Assembly: GCA_043228905.1 (NCBI GenBank)
Contig: JBHGNT010000002.1
Span: 15,562,001-15,626,000, forward strand
Length of the DNA stretch: 64,000 bases
Direction: 5' to 3'
Source: Azolla caroliniana
Lineage: Eukaryota > Plantae > Polypodiophyta
The notes under the pieces: generated by a model
Databases searched by the model: none
What the model was told of the DNA's origin: nothing
Seen by the model: the letters and a program-made list of their open reading frames with translations, nothing else
Shown here: positions 1 through 13,443 of the stretch, in pieces
How the letters are laid out: every line of letters starts with the position of its first letter
Numbering within the stretch: the stretch's first letter is position 1
Position numbers and translations under genes: made by a program

Positions 1-1270
1 AGTAGAATCAAATGAGGTATGCTACTATAAACTAGAGCACGGAATGGGAAGAGTTGAGCAACCAACCTTTCAAAGAGAAAGCCCGATTAGGCTGATCGCA
101 AAAAATGGCAAGAATATGATTATTGACCCTAAGCCAAGGGAGATCACACCAGCGACAGTGTGTTGGCCTATAGAAGGGCATTTGGATCAGCTATCATGGG
201 ACCCATCGATGTATTTTTGGAGAACTCAAGGACAAACTGATGGGGAAAAGTTGGTTCAATTTTTCAAGTATAACACGAAGATTGGGAGGCAAATTATTCT
301 AGAACAAGTTTGTGGCAAAGAAATTTTGGATAAAGGAGGGCATTAGTGAAATGAGACTAGATAAATTTTGGAAAATGATATGGCATGACAGATATGACCG
401 CAAGATAATGATGTGCTTATGGTTTATTGCAGATAGAGCCTTGCCGGTAGGGATGTGGGGTAAAGGCCCCAATGTAGACCTTAGATGTATTGCATGTGGA
501 CATATAGAAAGCATTTCCCATTGTCTATGGGAATGTCGCGAGGCAGTGGCTGTATGGGGAAGGGCACTATGTTTGCTTTGCCATGCCTATAGTTCGTTCA
601 CCCTCAACTGGGGACATGCTTGCTGGATTTGTCTTGAGGATGATGTGGCGAAATACGATAGCACATGCGATGCTCAGTACAGAGGGGAGAATGGCATTGT
701 TCGGCTGATCACTGACAATAGGGTACCTACAGCTTGTGCACAGAATAAAAAACTTGGAGATCTTTGGACGTTGCTTGCCCCCATTACTATATGGTGTATA
801 TGGACAACCAGGTGTACCAGGGTATTTTCAGCACACAAATGCCCTCCAGCTGAATCGGTTAAGCTTATCTGGCACACATTAATAACTACACTAAGAGCTC
901 AATATGAGCGAATTGATGGTACTGATGATGCTGCAAAACTAATGAGGCTGAATTTTCGAAAGCGATGGTGTACTACACCGATGGCCGCAACAAATGGAAT
1001 GGATATACTATGGAAATATGAAGTACCAAGATGGTTGTTCCCCCCTCCCATTGGTTGAACGAGGGGCGTGAAAGACATGGCATGTGGGATAGTGAATGTA
1101 GGTGAAGTGTATGAAAGGATGGCTAGAGACATATGTGAAAGTGTAAGATAAATAAGCGAGATCTCTTATGTAGGATATGATAGTCTTGGCACGGCCTACT
1201 CGTGAAAGGGATCGAGTTTGTGTATATTTTAACTAATGGAGTATATTCTTTTTTGGAAAATAAATAAATT
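1..1270 (+). mobile_element. 3' fragment of an L1/Tx1-type LINE (ORF2 C-terminus with zf-RVT zinc finger, then 3' UTR and A-rich end)
   Basis: ORF 312-1058 has the zf-RVT-type motif CIACGHIESISHCLWEC...W and the LINE C-terminal pattern IWCIWTTRC.RVF. ORF 44-346 is its frameshifted upstream part. A-rich tract at about 1255-1285. Confidence 0.8.
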
Positions 1271-1470
1271 CTTCTTAAGTAAAAACGTGTTGCCTCACTA
1301 TTCAGTCACAAAATGCCAATATTAAGATGCGAAATTATAACATTCAAGAATATAGATTTCATATTATTATTATTTATAATTATGTGACACTGTACACAAT
1401 GGATGATCGACAAATTGCATCCATGCATGTACACCAAGTGGAACATAACATATATGCCAAATGGCGATTA

Positions 1471-1749
1471 TGTGTGATCCCATGCATGTTATATAAGTGG
1501 AAGATCTGCTTAATGTTGAACCATTCCGGTTCAACGTCAATCTTCAACACCATTGATATCTTCGTCTTCGGGTAATACAAATTCTTGTCTTCTTGTTCTG
1601 TTATTTCCTTCTTGCTTTGTAATTATCTTCTTGTCTTCGAAATCAACATCGACTTCGAAGCTTTAGTCGAGACAATTTGAACCGGAAATATGCTAATTTT
1701 TTATCCACGTATCTAGCCGATTCTTCTATTAGAGCTTGACCTCCTAACA
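1471..1749 (+). mobile_element. LTR-like fragment (TATA, GTTGAACC-N5-GGTTCAAC hairpin, ends ...CCTAACA)
   Basis: TATATAA at about 1490, palindrome at about 1515-1535, LTR-like 3' end. First ~55 bp are homologous in inverted orientation to about 2523-2580. No TSD found and the true 5' end is uncertain. Confidence 0.4.
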
Positions 1750-2079
1750 ACAAATTTTGTCACATTGGAGCAAGAGAATCAAAACTTTGTAGCAAGTGAG
1801 TGTTCAAAAGGCACAACAACATGACAAATTCTCTAAACAAGTCCAAAAGCTTGAAGCAATTGTATTATCTCTTTGATGACAGGTCCTATGTGAAGAACCA
1901 TCCATCTCTTGCTCCTTTCGGATATTGAGTTTCTACATTAGTCTATCCCCGGTATATCTGTAAACAAGATGCCTCAATCTCATTAATGTATACCATTTTC
2001 CAATATATGCATTATTAAAAAAGATTATGAACGAAAGTAGTTAATATAATAAAGCTTACAATAAGAAATGGTAGACTAA

Positions 2080-2580
2080 TGTTATTGAATGGAACCTGCA
2101 AGCGTAATAAATCAACAAAAATTCTATAAGTAATTTCATAACCAGTAATAGCATGATTTTAGACATGAAAACAAAGAAATAGAAGAAGAAAGATGAACCC
2201 TGCAACATTCTTACAAGGAATAAGAATATGATAAGGAATCATATAAAAAATTCATAGACAAGAAAACCATGATTTCATATGTGAAAATGATAAAAAGGAA
2301 GAAGAAAGATGAACATGCAAAAAATCTACATGAGAATATGGGAAGAAGATGAACATGAGGAATAAGCTCCCCTATTTATGAACCGTTTACGATTCATAAA
2401 AGAAGCTTTAAATCCCAAATAAGAGGACTTGTGTTGGAAGAAGCTTCAAATCTAAGGTAGGAGAATTCGTGCTAGCTGAAGATTCAAATATGAGTTAGAA
2501 CACAATAAATATGGTGTTTAATTGGAATGGTTGAATGTTATGCAGATCTTCCACTTATATATCATACACGAGATCACACA
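2080..2580 (-). mobile_element. LTR-like segment (TG...CA), related to 1471-1749
   Basis: Minus strand reads TGTGTGATCTCG...TATATAAGTGGAAGATCTGC...CAATAACA. It abuts and truncates the chromodomain end of the gypsy element at 2581. No TSD found. Confidence 0.45.
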
Positions 2581-5500
2581 TGAGGGTATCGTTGATGAAA
2601 AGCGTGAATTGCCTCTGTGTAACTAGTTCCCATGTGGCATCTAAAAGAGGGTAACCTTTCCATAATACCAAGTATTGAAGTCTTCGTCGACGCCGGCGGG
2701 AGTCGAGGATCCAGTCAACCTCGTACTCCTGACCTATCGATAATTCCATGGGCGGCGGCGGCGGCGGAGGTTGTCGTCCAGGAATGCGAGAAGGATGGTA
2801 GAGTTCGAGGAGAGAGACGTGGAAAACATTGTGAAGCTGAAATGTGGGGGGAAGCGCTAACCGGAAGGCGACTAGCATTATCCGAAAGAGGGTAACCTTT
2901 CCATAAGACCAAGTATTGTAGTCTTCATCGATACCAGCGAGAGTCAAGGATCTAGTCAACCTCGTACTCCTCACCTGTCGATAATTCCACAGGCGACGAC
3001 AGCGGAGGTTGTCGTTCCGGAATGCGAGAAAGATGGTAGAGTTTGAGGAGAGAGACGTGGAAAACATTGTGAAGCCGAAATGTGGGGGGAAGCGCTAATC
3101 GGAAGGCGACTAGGTTAACACGCTCGAGGATATGGAAGGAGCGTAGCTTTTCGTAGTCGAGCTTCGCACACAGACTGGTGGTTGCGATGTGGCGATGTAG
3201 CAACCAAATCATGTCACCGACTGCGAAGGTCGGCGCAACCAAGCGATGTCAGTCAGCGTGAGCTTTATACTATTTGCCATGGGCATGAAGCTTGAGGGAG
3301 AGGTCACGATGAACATCTTGTAAGGTGTGGGCACACCTCTCGGCCGACGGATTGACGGAAATCTCTGGAATGGAAATGTTGAAACGAAGGTGGGAACTGT
3401 AGTTTGCAAAGAATGGGGAAACCTTAGTTGAGGCATGGATACTATTATTGTAGGCAAATTCCGCCATGGGAAGTCCACCCAATCGTGTTGTTGGTAGCTG
3501 ACTGTACACCGGAGGTATTGTTCGAGGATTTGGTTGACTCTATTGGTTGGCCATCAGTTTGAGGGTGGTGTGTTGTTGACAAGTTCACAGAAGTCCCGAA
3601 TGTCTGTAGAAGTCGGCGCCAGAAGTGGGAGATAAATTGAGGACCTCGATAAGGAGTGACATGCTCAGAGAAGCCGTGTAATCGGATGACATTTTTTAGA
3701 AAAAGGTCAGTCATCTCCTCCCCTAAAATGGTTTTCGAACATGGGACAAAGTGAGCCATCTTCAAAAACCGATCGACGACCACTAGTACCGTGTCATGGT
3801 CACCGACTCGAGGAAGGTCGGTGATAAAGTCGATGGAGAGAGATGCCCAAGGTCGACTAGGAATTGGAAGTGGATGTAGAAGGCCGTATGGACAATGGTA
3901 AGCCGCTTTGGAGTGAGCACAGACTTCACAAGTTTTGATAAATTCTTTGACCAATTTCCAAGGTTGGGGCCACCAAAACCCTAAGACAGCAATGCAAATG
4001 TTTTCACGACCCCAAAGTGTCTGACAAGAGGATCATCGTGGCTAGTTTGTAGTACTCAGATGCAACATGTGGCAACTGGTACATAAAGGAGGTGATTACG
4101 ATAGAGTAGCCCATCATGAGTTGTAAAGTGACTGAGATCCAAGCTTTGCATTTCTTGGGATGGGTTGTTGAGACGCGCCATGATGTCAATCGCGAATGGG
4201 TCCGACGTGGTTGCTTGGGCTACCTCGTTGAGCAAGGAATCATCATGCAACATATAGGTTGCGAACATGCAGAGTTGATCGGGCCACAATAAACAATGCG
4301 ATTACTGAGAATATGCGTTTTCACCTGGGCGTAGTGCAAAGTCGGGTCACCGAGAGAGAACATCCGCTTTCCCATGTTGAACGCCGGGTCGGAACAAGAT
4401 TTTGAAGTCGTAGTCGGCGAGAAAAGATGACTAGCAAGCCTGCCACCGATTCAAAGTATGAGTGATGGTGAAGTAGATGAGATTCTTGTGGTCGGTCAGC
4501 ACCTGAATACAATGTTGGGCCCTAGCCAGATAGGGTCTCCATTTAGCGAAGGCCGAGATGACAGCTGCAAACTCCTTGTCGTAGACCGGATAATTGATTT
4601 TCGGGGCTGTAAACTTCTGAGAGTAGAAGGCGATCAGATGGAGGGTGCCATCATCGTAGGGCGGAGACAAGACCACACCTATGGCAAAGTTAGAGGCGTC
4701 GGTTTCAACCTGGAAAGGGCGGGCAGGGTCGGGGTGGACCAACACGGGGGCGGAGAGAAAAACTGTTTTGAGGGCATTAAAAGCATTGTGTGCCGCGGGG
4801 GTCCAAAGAAATGAAGTATCTTTCTGGGTAAGCTGGATGAGAGGTTGGACTAGGGAAGAGAACCCGTCTATAAATAGTCTATAAATATTTGCAAAACCAA
4901 GAAACAATTGTATCTCTTTTAGCCGAGTCGGGAGAGGCCAATCAGTGATTGCCGTTACCTTGCATTCATCCATTGTGATCTCGGTAGGTGAGATCATTAA
5001 CCCAAGAATTCGACAAAGGTACGATCGAATTTGCATTTCTCACTTTTGGCGAAGTGCCCATATTCCCGGAGTTTGGTGAGAACTAGCCAGACATGATGTG
5101 TGTGGTCCTCTCAGTTGGAAGAAAAAGCAAGGATGTCGTCAAGGTAGATGACCACCAAATGATCAAGATACTCTCGAAAAATCTTGTTCATCATGTGTTG
5201 AAGACAGCTGGAGTGTTGGTAAGACCGAATGGCATCACTTTGTACTTGAAATGTCCATAGCGCGTCCGAAAAGCCGTTTTCCATTCGTTCCCAGGCTTGA
5301 TGCGCACCAAGTTGTAGGCGTCCCGAAGGTCGATTTTGGAGAAGATATGCCTAGTTCAGAGTCGATCGAGGAGCGTTGAAATTAAGGGCAGGGGGTAACG
5401 ATTACGCACCGTAACTTTGTTGAGACCCCGATAATCCACACATAAGCGTAAGGAGTTTTCCTTCTTTTTGACAAATAAGATTGGTGCCCCGAATGGTGAT

Positions 5501-5770
5501 TTGGAGGGTTGAATGAAGCCCTTTGCGAGATTCTTAGCTAGATATGTGCGGAGAGCCTCAAGTTCGGGTTCAAAAAACCCATACATAGGACCAAATGGGG
5601 GTTGCTCGCCAGCTTGGAGTTCGATTGGGCAATCATAAGGGCGATGAGTAGGTAACCGATTGGCATTCCGCTTTTCGAAGATGTCGAAAAGTCGCTATAT
5701 CAGACGGGTAAATTGTTGATAGGAACGGTGACGTCCCTCGACACAACGGCTAGTGTAGCGACCAAACAGG
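2581..5770 (-). pseudogene. Family A pol (RT-RNase H-integrase-chromodomain), many stops and frameshifts
   Basis: ORF fragments 5356-5586, 4431-5036, 4056-4289, 3445-3954, 3270-3509, 2952-3242 and 2555-3067 carry consecutive pol motifs. Confidence 0.9.
2636..3113. repeat. ~240 bp diverged tandem duplication of the GPY/F-chromodomain coding region
   Basis: Units at about 2636-2875 and 2876-3113 both contain AAAGAGGGTAACCTTTCCATAA...GGAAGGCGACTAG and both encode VAFRLALPPTF.LHNVFHVSLL...EYEVD. Confidence 0.9.
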
Positions 5771-8700
5771 TGTCGTGAAAATCTGCTAGCTATCACGGAT
5801 CTTGAGGCGAAACTACCGGGGTTCTGGACTAGAAGGATTTAGGGCTAAATGATTTATGCACTTTAAGTTTTAAGACGACATATTTCTCTTGAATAAGAGT
5901 AAAATAGTATAAGAGAATGATTGATACTTAATTATACATAGGTACAAGAAAATCTTCGAGTAGGAGAGTATGTGAGATCAAATAATATTTAATTATGCTT
6001 ATGAGTAAACAAAGCTTAGAGTAAGAGAGTATGAATAACATTAAAGTATACTTATACATAAGCAAAACTTAAATTAAGAGAGTATGAGAGAGGAAACATG
6101 GAAAGTTTTTTATTACTAGATCATCAATCTGATGGACTTATTTTGTTTCATAATTTATTTGTTTCTATCTCCCCTTTTAGGGTATAAGAGTATGAGAGAG
6201 GAAACATAAATCTTTTCTTCTTCAAATCCCCATCCATCTCTCTTTCTTCTTAAGAATAACTCTTATTTATAGGTTTTCTATGGTTTGCTTTGTTTTTTTT
6301 CACCTAAAAGAAGCTTTGTTTATATGAGTCACGGTTTATTTCTATTACGATTTCTCTTTTGTAAGCCCAAATATATATGTAAAATACTATTGGAAATCTC
6401 TTGATGTTAGCTTTCTTATGCATCTTTCCTTTTCTAATTTGGACATTGGACGAGGAAATTATGAGCTTTTTCCTTTACCTTGCTCCTCAATTCCACGCCT
6501 TGCGTTTTTTATTATTATTACTTTTTTCTACTTTTCTTAATTTTGGAAAACCACTTCTATCTTTTGATCTTTTCATCATTTATTACAAAAGTTGACTTCG
6601 CAATATTGGTTTATTTGAACTACTATTTTATTCTCTTTTGATGGTGGTTTCACACTATGTGTTGAAAACATCGCGACCTCCACCCCCACCAAACCTGCAC
6701 CTCCTCCGATATGTGCCAAGTGTTGTACTGAGTTGCATCCTCCTAGTTGAAATATTTAATCCTTGTCCTAATATTTTCCTTTCTTCATAACCTAACTATC
6801 TATGATAGACATTGACCTTGAACCATCTCATTTGCTCCTTATCTCTCTTCTTCCAATGCCACCACGGCCATTCTTTCCACCATAGCCATGGAAACCATCC
6901 AAACCACCAAATTCGTTGTTTGAGCTTTGCACCACCGCAGTTGGTTTTCGTGTCTTTTTCTACCTTCACCAAGCATAAGCCTTCATGCACCATGGATATG
7001 TCGCCTTCATTCCGACCATCTCCATGGTCAAGGCACTTCAATCTTCCTTGTTTCGTCAATCCAGGCTTGTCTTCATTAAGCCTCGTCCAAACATCGACTA
7101 TAACTACTCCTTGTAGCCCATGCTCCAAGTACATGCTCACATTTAGGACCTTAGACGACCACATTGCATGTTTTCCGCTTCGTCCTTTTTCTTGGTATGC
7201 TCTTATGTGAGAGTTGACCATCGATTGTTCGATCTTCGTATTAGTGTCCTCTTTTGAGTTGGATACTGTGATCAAATCCCAAGGAATGCCCTTAGAATTC
7301 ACTTGGCTTGCTTGGCCCTCGTCATGCACCATTGGGCTTTGTTTGACCTCTTCATCGTATGCGTCAACTTTGATCTTGACTTCCTCGCTACCAGCTTCCT
7401 TTTCTTGGGTCTTAATTTGGTTCGGATATGTCTCTTCGGTGATGACCCTTTCTCCATCGACCGATATGTTCCCGTCTACCATTGCCCAAATCTCTTGAGA
7501 TAGTGGAGAGGAAGTCTCGACACACTTCTCATCCTCCTTCATTGTGTTGTCCATAGCCACCTCTACCTCTGAGTCTTTATCCGTGGCCATCTCTTCAAAC
7601 TCATGGGCCACATACCATTGACCTTCTCGATCGAGCATGCCTCAATTATGCTTGCCTCTTCATCGTACGCATCAACTTTGACCTTCGCTTCCTTGCCGCC
7701 AGTTTCCTCCTCTTGGGTCTTAATTTGGTTTGGGTATGATTCTTCAGTGATGACCCTTTTTCCACCGACTGATATCTCCCCATCCACCATTTCCCAAATC
7801 TCTTGAAATAGTGGGGAGGAAGTCTCGGCACACTTGCCATCCTCCTTCATTGTGTTGTCCATAGCCACCTTCATCCTGACGTTGTTGTCCTCCATTGATC
7901 TTTCGGTCGGCTCACTCTGCTTTGACATCTCAATTGCTATTGGAGCCTTCCATCTTTGAACTATCGACCCCGCCATGTCTGAATCATCTAGCCATCGACG
8001 ACGTTTGTCGAACCGATCACATGCTCTTCTTACCTCAACCCAATCCATTATGAGACCATTGGGTTGTGTTTCATCCTCTAATAGACTACTGAGTTCTCTT
8101 CTATCTTTCACATCCACCGCCTTTAAGAATTATAGAACCTTACCTCCTTTGAGAAATATTTGGTCGGTGCTTGGGAGACGATTGTATATTTGGTCGAATT
8201 TGTTGTACACCCCCAATGCATTCATGTTCTAAAATCTTTGAGTAAGAGATTATGCGAGATGTGAGATTGAATAATACTTACTTATGCTTATGAGTAAGAA
8301 TGCTTAGACTAAGAGAGTATGAATAACACTTAATTATTATACTTATACATACAAAAGTTAAAGTAAGAGAGTATGAGAGAGGAAACATGGAAAGTATCTT
8401 ATTACTAGATCATCAATTTGATGAACTTATTTTGTTACATAATTTATCTTTTTCTATCTCCCCTTGTAGGGTATAAGAGTATGAGAAATGAAACATAAAT
8501 ATTTTCTTCTTCAAATCCCCATCCCTCTCTCTTTCTTCTTAAGAATAGCTCTTATTTATAGGTTTTCTATGACTTGCTTTTTTTTTTCTCGTAAAAAAAG
8601 CTTTATTTATATGAGTTGCGGTTTATTTCTATCACGATTTCCCCTTTGTAAGCCCAAATTATACATGCAAGATATTCTTGGAAAGCTCTTGATGTTATCT

Positions 8701-8967
8701 TTCTTATGCATCTTTCCTTTTCTAATTTGGACATTGGACGCGGAAATTACGAGCTTTTTCCTTTACCTTGCTCCTCAATTCCACGCCTTGCGTTTTATTT
8801 ATTTATTACTTTTTTCTACTTTTCCTACTTTTGGAAAAACCACTTCTATCTTTCGATCTTTTCATCATTTATTACAAATGTTGACTTTGCAATATTGGTT
8901 TATTTGAACTACTATTTTATTCTCTTTTGATGGTGGTTTCGCACTATGTGTTGAAAACATCGCGACA
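5771..8967 (-). mobile_element. Non-autonomous Gag-only Ty3/gypsy element (Phygy/Selgy-like), older and internally deleted
   Basis: LTRs at about 5771-6677 and 8231-8967 (the 5' LTR has lost U5, PBS and the gag N-terminus). Termini TGTCGCG...CACGACA. PPT GGTTTGGTGGGGGTGGAG resembles that of 55547-59050. No pol. Flanks cagg/ccga do not match exactly. Confidence 0.82.
6796..8230 (-). pseudogene. Gag C-terminus + acidic linker + Trp-rich motif; frameshifted homolog of ORF 56314-58320
   Basis: VDVKDRRELSSLLEDETQPNGLIMDWVEVRRACDRFDKR aligns with IDRKERMDIGIELEDDDGANGLTEDWAKVERVCRRHDER. RIWWFGWFPWLWWKEWPWWHWK aligns with RLWWIGCRQWFGWKEWMCSKWR. Internal ~220 bp duplication (about 7348-7562 vs 7656-7870). 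Confidence 0.8.
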
Positions 8968-9794
8968 CCGAACTCGACCGCAATGCAATCAAGAGTGTTG
9001 TGACCGAGCAAGAATTGGCCTTACTGGAAAAGTGATGGAGCAGTTACACCAATCCACCGTCAGATTGTGCGTCTCCAACCAAGATAGCCCCAACAAAATC
9101 GGATGTCGGGGGGTTGCAATGAGGTAGAACGTGAGTTCCTCCTGATGCGCCCCGACTTAAAGTACCAAGGGGATAGTGGCTTCAGTAACCACCCCCGAAG
9201 AGAGAACCCGACTGTCGATCGCTTCAATGGATATGGGTTGTGATGTGCATATCGTGGGGATATTATGTGCATGGACAAACGATTTATCGATAAAGAAAGT
9301 AGATGCTCCGGAGAATTTACTCTCAACGAAAACCCTCCTAATGGTGGAGCAGACTTCTAGGAGCATGGAGAAGGTGAGTAATGGGAAGCGTCCAATGGCA
9401 TGGCTGCTACTGCAGCTGGACTTGGTCGTTTTCCTGTTGTCTGTCAGGAATAGTACTAAAGCAGAGATGGAATTAGTACTAAGAAGAGTAGTACTATTAG
9501 TACTAAGAGGACGGGACTGCGTGAGATTCCCGAGAGAGGAAGTGAGAAGAGGAGAGAGAGAGATAGATGATGACAACAACTCTTATATTATGTGAAAAGA
9601 TAAGTACAAATCGGCTAAGAGGCTTAAGACTGGCGTTGAACCAATTTGGTTCAACATAATGCCTAGTGCCTTCTTTTATAGTGTTGTTAGGAGTAATCTT
9701 GAAACTTCTAGAATGTTCCAGAGAAATCTGGAATATACATTACTTTCTTATAATAAAACATAAATGAAAATAATATCCTATGAATTACAATAGA

Positions 9795-9854
9795 TGGTGT
9801 GATGGTTAAGAGCTCGACCCATATACCATAAGGTCATGGGTTCGAGTCTTGCCA
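9795..9854 (+). promoter_or_regulatory. tRNA-derived A-box/B-box module in the family B LTR, antisense to the element (second copy at 15003-15062)
   Basis: TGGTGTGATGGTTAAG...GGGTTCGAGTCTTGCCA with tRNA-like A-to-B spacing. Confidence 0.7.
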
Positions 9855-9875
9855 TATCATGACACTATCTCCCCC

Positions 9876-12800
9876 TTAAAGACGATGAGTGGAACGAGTC
9901 GGCGCTGACTGCGGACCGGGTTTGTCTGGATACTTTCGGTGAAAATCAGCAAGCAGATCCTGAGCATTGGCAACATGCTCGACGGGTTCCCAAGTGCGTT
10001 CGCTCGGACTATAACCAACCCAATCGACGAAATAATAAAGTTTGTTGCGAATAAGTTTGGAATCGAGGATGGCCGCAACTTCATACTCCGGGCCGGCGTC
10101 CAACTCCAGCGGGGGCGGCGGTGGTGTAACACGATCGGGAATGGTGTTTGCTTTATAAGGTTCAAGAAGCGAACAATGGAAAACCGGATGTATCTGAAGC
10201 TGCGGAGGGAGATCAAGGCGGAATGTGACATCATTAACTTTACCCATAATACGGAAAGGACTGAGTCGTCGATAATCCAACTCTTCGCACGCTCGAGTAG
10301 TCTTGATGTGACGACGTAAGAGCCATACTTGATCTCCGATGGCAAAAGAGGAGGGAAGCCGATGACGATCTGCGTAAGTCTTCTGTGTCTGTTGAGCATG
10401 ACGAAGATGAGTCGAGAGATCTGTCTAGATCTTGTGTAGTCTCTCCAAATGATCCCCGGCACGAGGATTGGTAGGTAGCTCAAGGGTGTCGATCACCGAC
10501 CAACGAGGATGAGAACCGGTATAAGCGTAGAATGGGGAGACTCGAGTCGAGGAGTGAACATCATTATTATACACAAACTCCGCAAAGTGGAGAATCTCGG
10601 CCCAATCGTCCTGTTGATAACTCAGGAAACACCGGAGATATTGCTCCAGCGTTTGGTTTGTTCGTTCTGCCTGCCCATCAGTCTGAGGATGGTAGCCGGA
10701 GGAGAGGTTGCAAGAGACCTTGAGCAACTTGAAGAGATGCTGCCAAAATTTGGAGACAAATTGCGGTCCTCGGTCACTGATGATACTGTCTGGGAGGCCA
10801 TGATGCCGAAATACCTCACACATCACTAGGGCGGCGGTTTCCTCGCTAGTGATAGCCTTAGTACACGGAACAAAATGTGCCATCTTCGTATATCGATCGA
10901 CGACGGTTAAGATAGCATCGAACCCCTGCGAGACCGGCAGATCTGTGATAAAATCAAGACAAATAGACTGCCACGGCTTACTTGGAATCGGTAAGGGTTC
11001 CAACAAGCCATATGGATGGTGTCGTGGCATCTTTGCTCGGCAGCAAGCATCACAGGTCCGAACGTAGTCGTCGACAAAACGGCGCATGTGGGGCCACCAA
11101 AAAGATCGCTGCACTAGCTCCAACGTCTTAGTACTACCGAAATGTCCCGTCGTATGGGTGTCATGACAATGCTGGACGATTTGAAGGTGACAAGAGCAAT
11201 CGGGGACATATACGCGCTTTTTAAAGAATAACAAACCATCATGATATTCGAATTGTTGGTAGTCAATACCTAGTTGTTGAGACTGAGAACAGGATGCCCG
11301 AGAAGTATCAATGTGCGCCAGGATGTCTTGAGCAAAACTATCCGTCTTCAAGTTTGCACGTATGTCATCGGTAATCCGTGAATCCATCGGGGTGTGAAAA
11401 ATCCGCGTTGTGTGCAATCGTGTTAGTCCCAAGATTACTTGCTTTTGATTATCAAATGTTGGATCACCAGGACGAGGTGCCCGATATGAACGCCGTGATA
11501 GTGCATCTACTTTTCCTTGCTGCTTCCCCGGTCGATATGTGATTTTGAAGTCGAAACGTGTGAGGAATTGCGCCCATCGAGCTTGCCGTCGATTTAGTAC
11601 GCGAATGTTCTGGAAATAAGCAAGATTTTTATGATCACTAAAGACAACGACCTGATGTGGAGAGCCCTCTAAGAAATGCCGCCATTGCACAAATGAATCC
11701 ACGATGGCTAATAACTCCTTGTCATGTATTTCGTAGTTGATTTCCGCAACATCGAATTTGCGTGAATGGAAAGCCACCGGATGCAACCTTTCTTTATCTC
11801 CTTGTTGAGAAAGGATGCTACCGAGGGCGAAATCTGAAGCATCGGCCTCCATGATGAATGGTTTGCTAGGATCCACATGAGCTAGAATCGGTGCTGATGT
11901 AAAGGCTTTCTTAAGATGTCGAAAAGCCATATCTGCTTCAATGGACCAAAGAAATGCTTGGCCCTTCTTCGTAAGTTGTGTGAGGGGTAGGATAATCTTC
12001 GAGTAATCCTGTATAAACTTACAATAGAAGTTAGCAAAACCTAGAAAACATTGTACATCTCGTACCGACCGTGGAATTTGCCACTCTAGTACAGTTTGGA
12101 CTTTAGCTGGATCCATGGCGATGCCCTTTGAGGAGATGACGTAGCCTAGAAATTCCACTTGCTTGCAGTCAAAGCTACATTTTTCCAGCTTGGCATAAAG
12201 ACCATTCTCGCGGAGTCGCTTTAGTACTAATAGTACATGAGAATCGTGCTCTTGCTGGGTCTTCGAATAAATCAATAGATCATCAAGATAGATGAACAAA
12301 CAGATATCCAAGAGGTCTCTGAATATATCATTTGCCATATGTTGGAAGACTGCGGGTGCATTGTTTAGGCCGAACGGCATAACAGTATACTTGAAATGCC
12401 CATACCGCGTGCGAAAGGCGGTCTTCCATTCATCTCCCGGTCGGATCCGCACGAGGTTATACGCTCCTCGTAGATCGATTTTGGTAAAAAACTTGGCACC
12501 ATTAAGTCGCTCTAAAAGACTTGATATAAGAGGAAGTGCATACCTATTCCGGATGGTGACCTTATTCAATCCGTGGTAATCAACGACGAGACGAAGTGAG
12601 CCATCTTTCTTCTTGACAAAGAAGATGGGTGCACTGGCCGGAGATTTCGAATGACGGATGAACCCGCTTGTCAAGCTCTCCTCTATGTAGGCTCGAAGGA
12701 CTTCTAACTCGGTGGGTGACAAGTTGTAAATTGGTCCCCATGGTGGCTCGGTTCCTGGCTGTAAATCGATGGGACAGTCATAGGGACGGTGATGAGGAAG

Positions 12801-13443
12801 GGTACCGGCTTTTACCTTGTCAAATACATCGGCATAAGGATGATATTTTGCCGGAAGTTGTACTGAGGAGTCCTTAATAGTGCTGGAAGGATGTACTGAT
12901 ATTGCAAATAGGAACATTGCCTCCTTGTGTCCTTCTTCGCGTAATTGATGGAGTGAGATGGTCGAAACTCGGTGAGTAGGTTCTTGGGGTGGTCGATATC
13001 GGACTTCTCTTGTTCTCCAATCTATGGTTGGATTATGTAATTCAAACCAAGGTAATCCTAGGACAATGGGATGCTCTTGACTACTAATTATATTAAATGA
13101 TATTACACACACAAAACTACCTAGGACAACTTGAAATGGGTTCTGATTCTTCTACAATATTCCCGGAAGCAATGGGACGACCATCAATGACTACTACAGA
13201 TGCGGGAGAAGGAAGTTTTCTTAGGGATATCTGAGAAGTTTGGGCAAAATTTCGATCCATGAAACAGGAATTAGCTCCGGAATCTAAGAGTGCTAGGACA
13301 GGTACTGGAGTACTTTTAGTACTAACAATGACTTGGGCTAGGAACACATTGCTAACTTGCTTGGAAGGAATGGAACCACTAATGGGCTGTATAGATCTAG
13401 GGCTGCTGTCCAACCAAACGGCTCCTATTTTGGCTGGACTCAA
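9876..13443 (-). pseudogene. Family B pol (PR-RT-RNase H-IN-chromodomain), few disruptions
   Basis: ALLDSGA protease (13117-13443). 895-aa ORF 10425-13112 with YLDD, EADASDFALG and GYHPQTDGQ. Chromodomain EYEVAAILDSK...TWEP in ORF 9876-10280. Confidence 0.93.

Noticed and set aside
1750-2079. Possible host exon (splice-acceptor-like TTTACAG on minus near 1960)
   Set aside because: All three frames hit stops within a few codons and there is no supporting ORF.
6401-6595. Hydrophobic ORFs in LTRs (also 8488-8907) as env-like or membrane proteins
   Set aside because: They arise from T-rich antisense LTR sequence and their extent is not conserved between the two LTRs.
9795-9864. tRNA gene call for the A/B-box modules
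   Set aside because: No proper acceptor stem or anticodon arm, and the module is an integral part of each LTR. Reported as a tRNA-derived promoter module instead.
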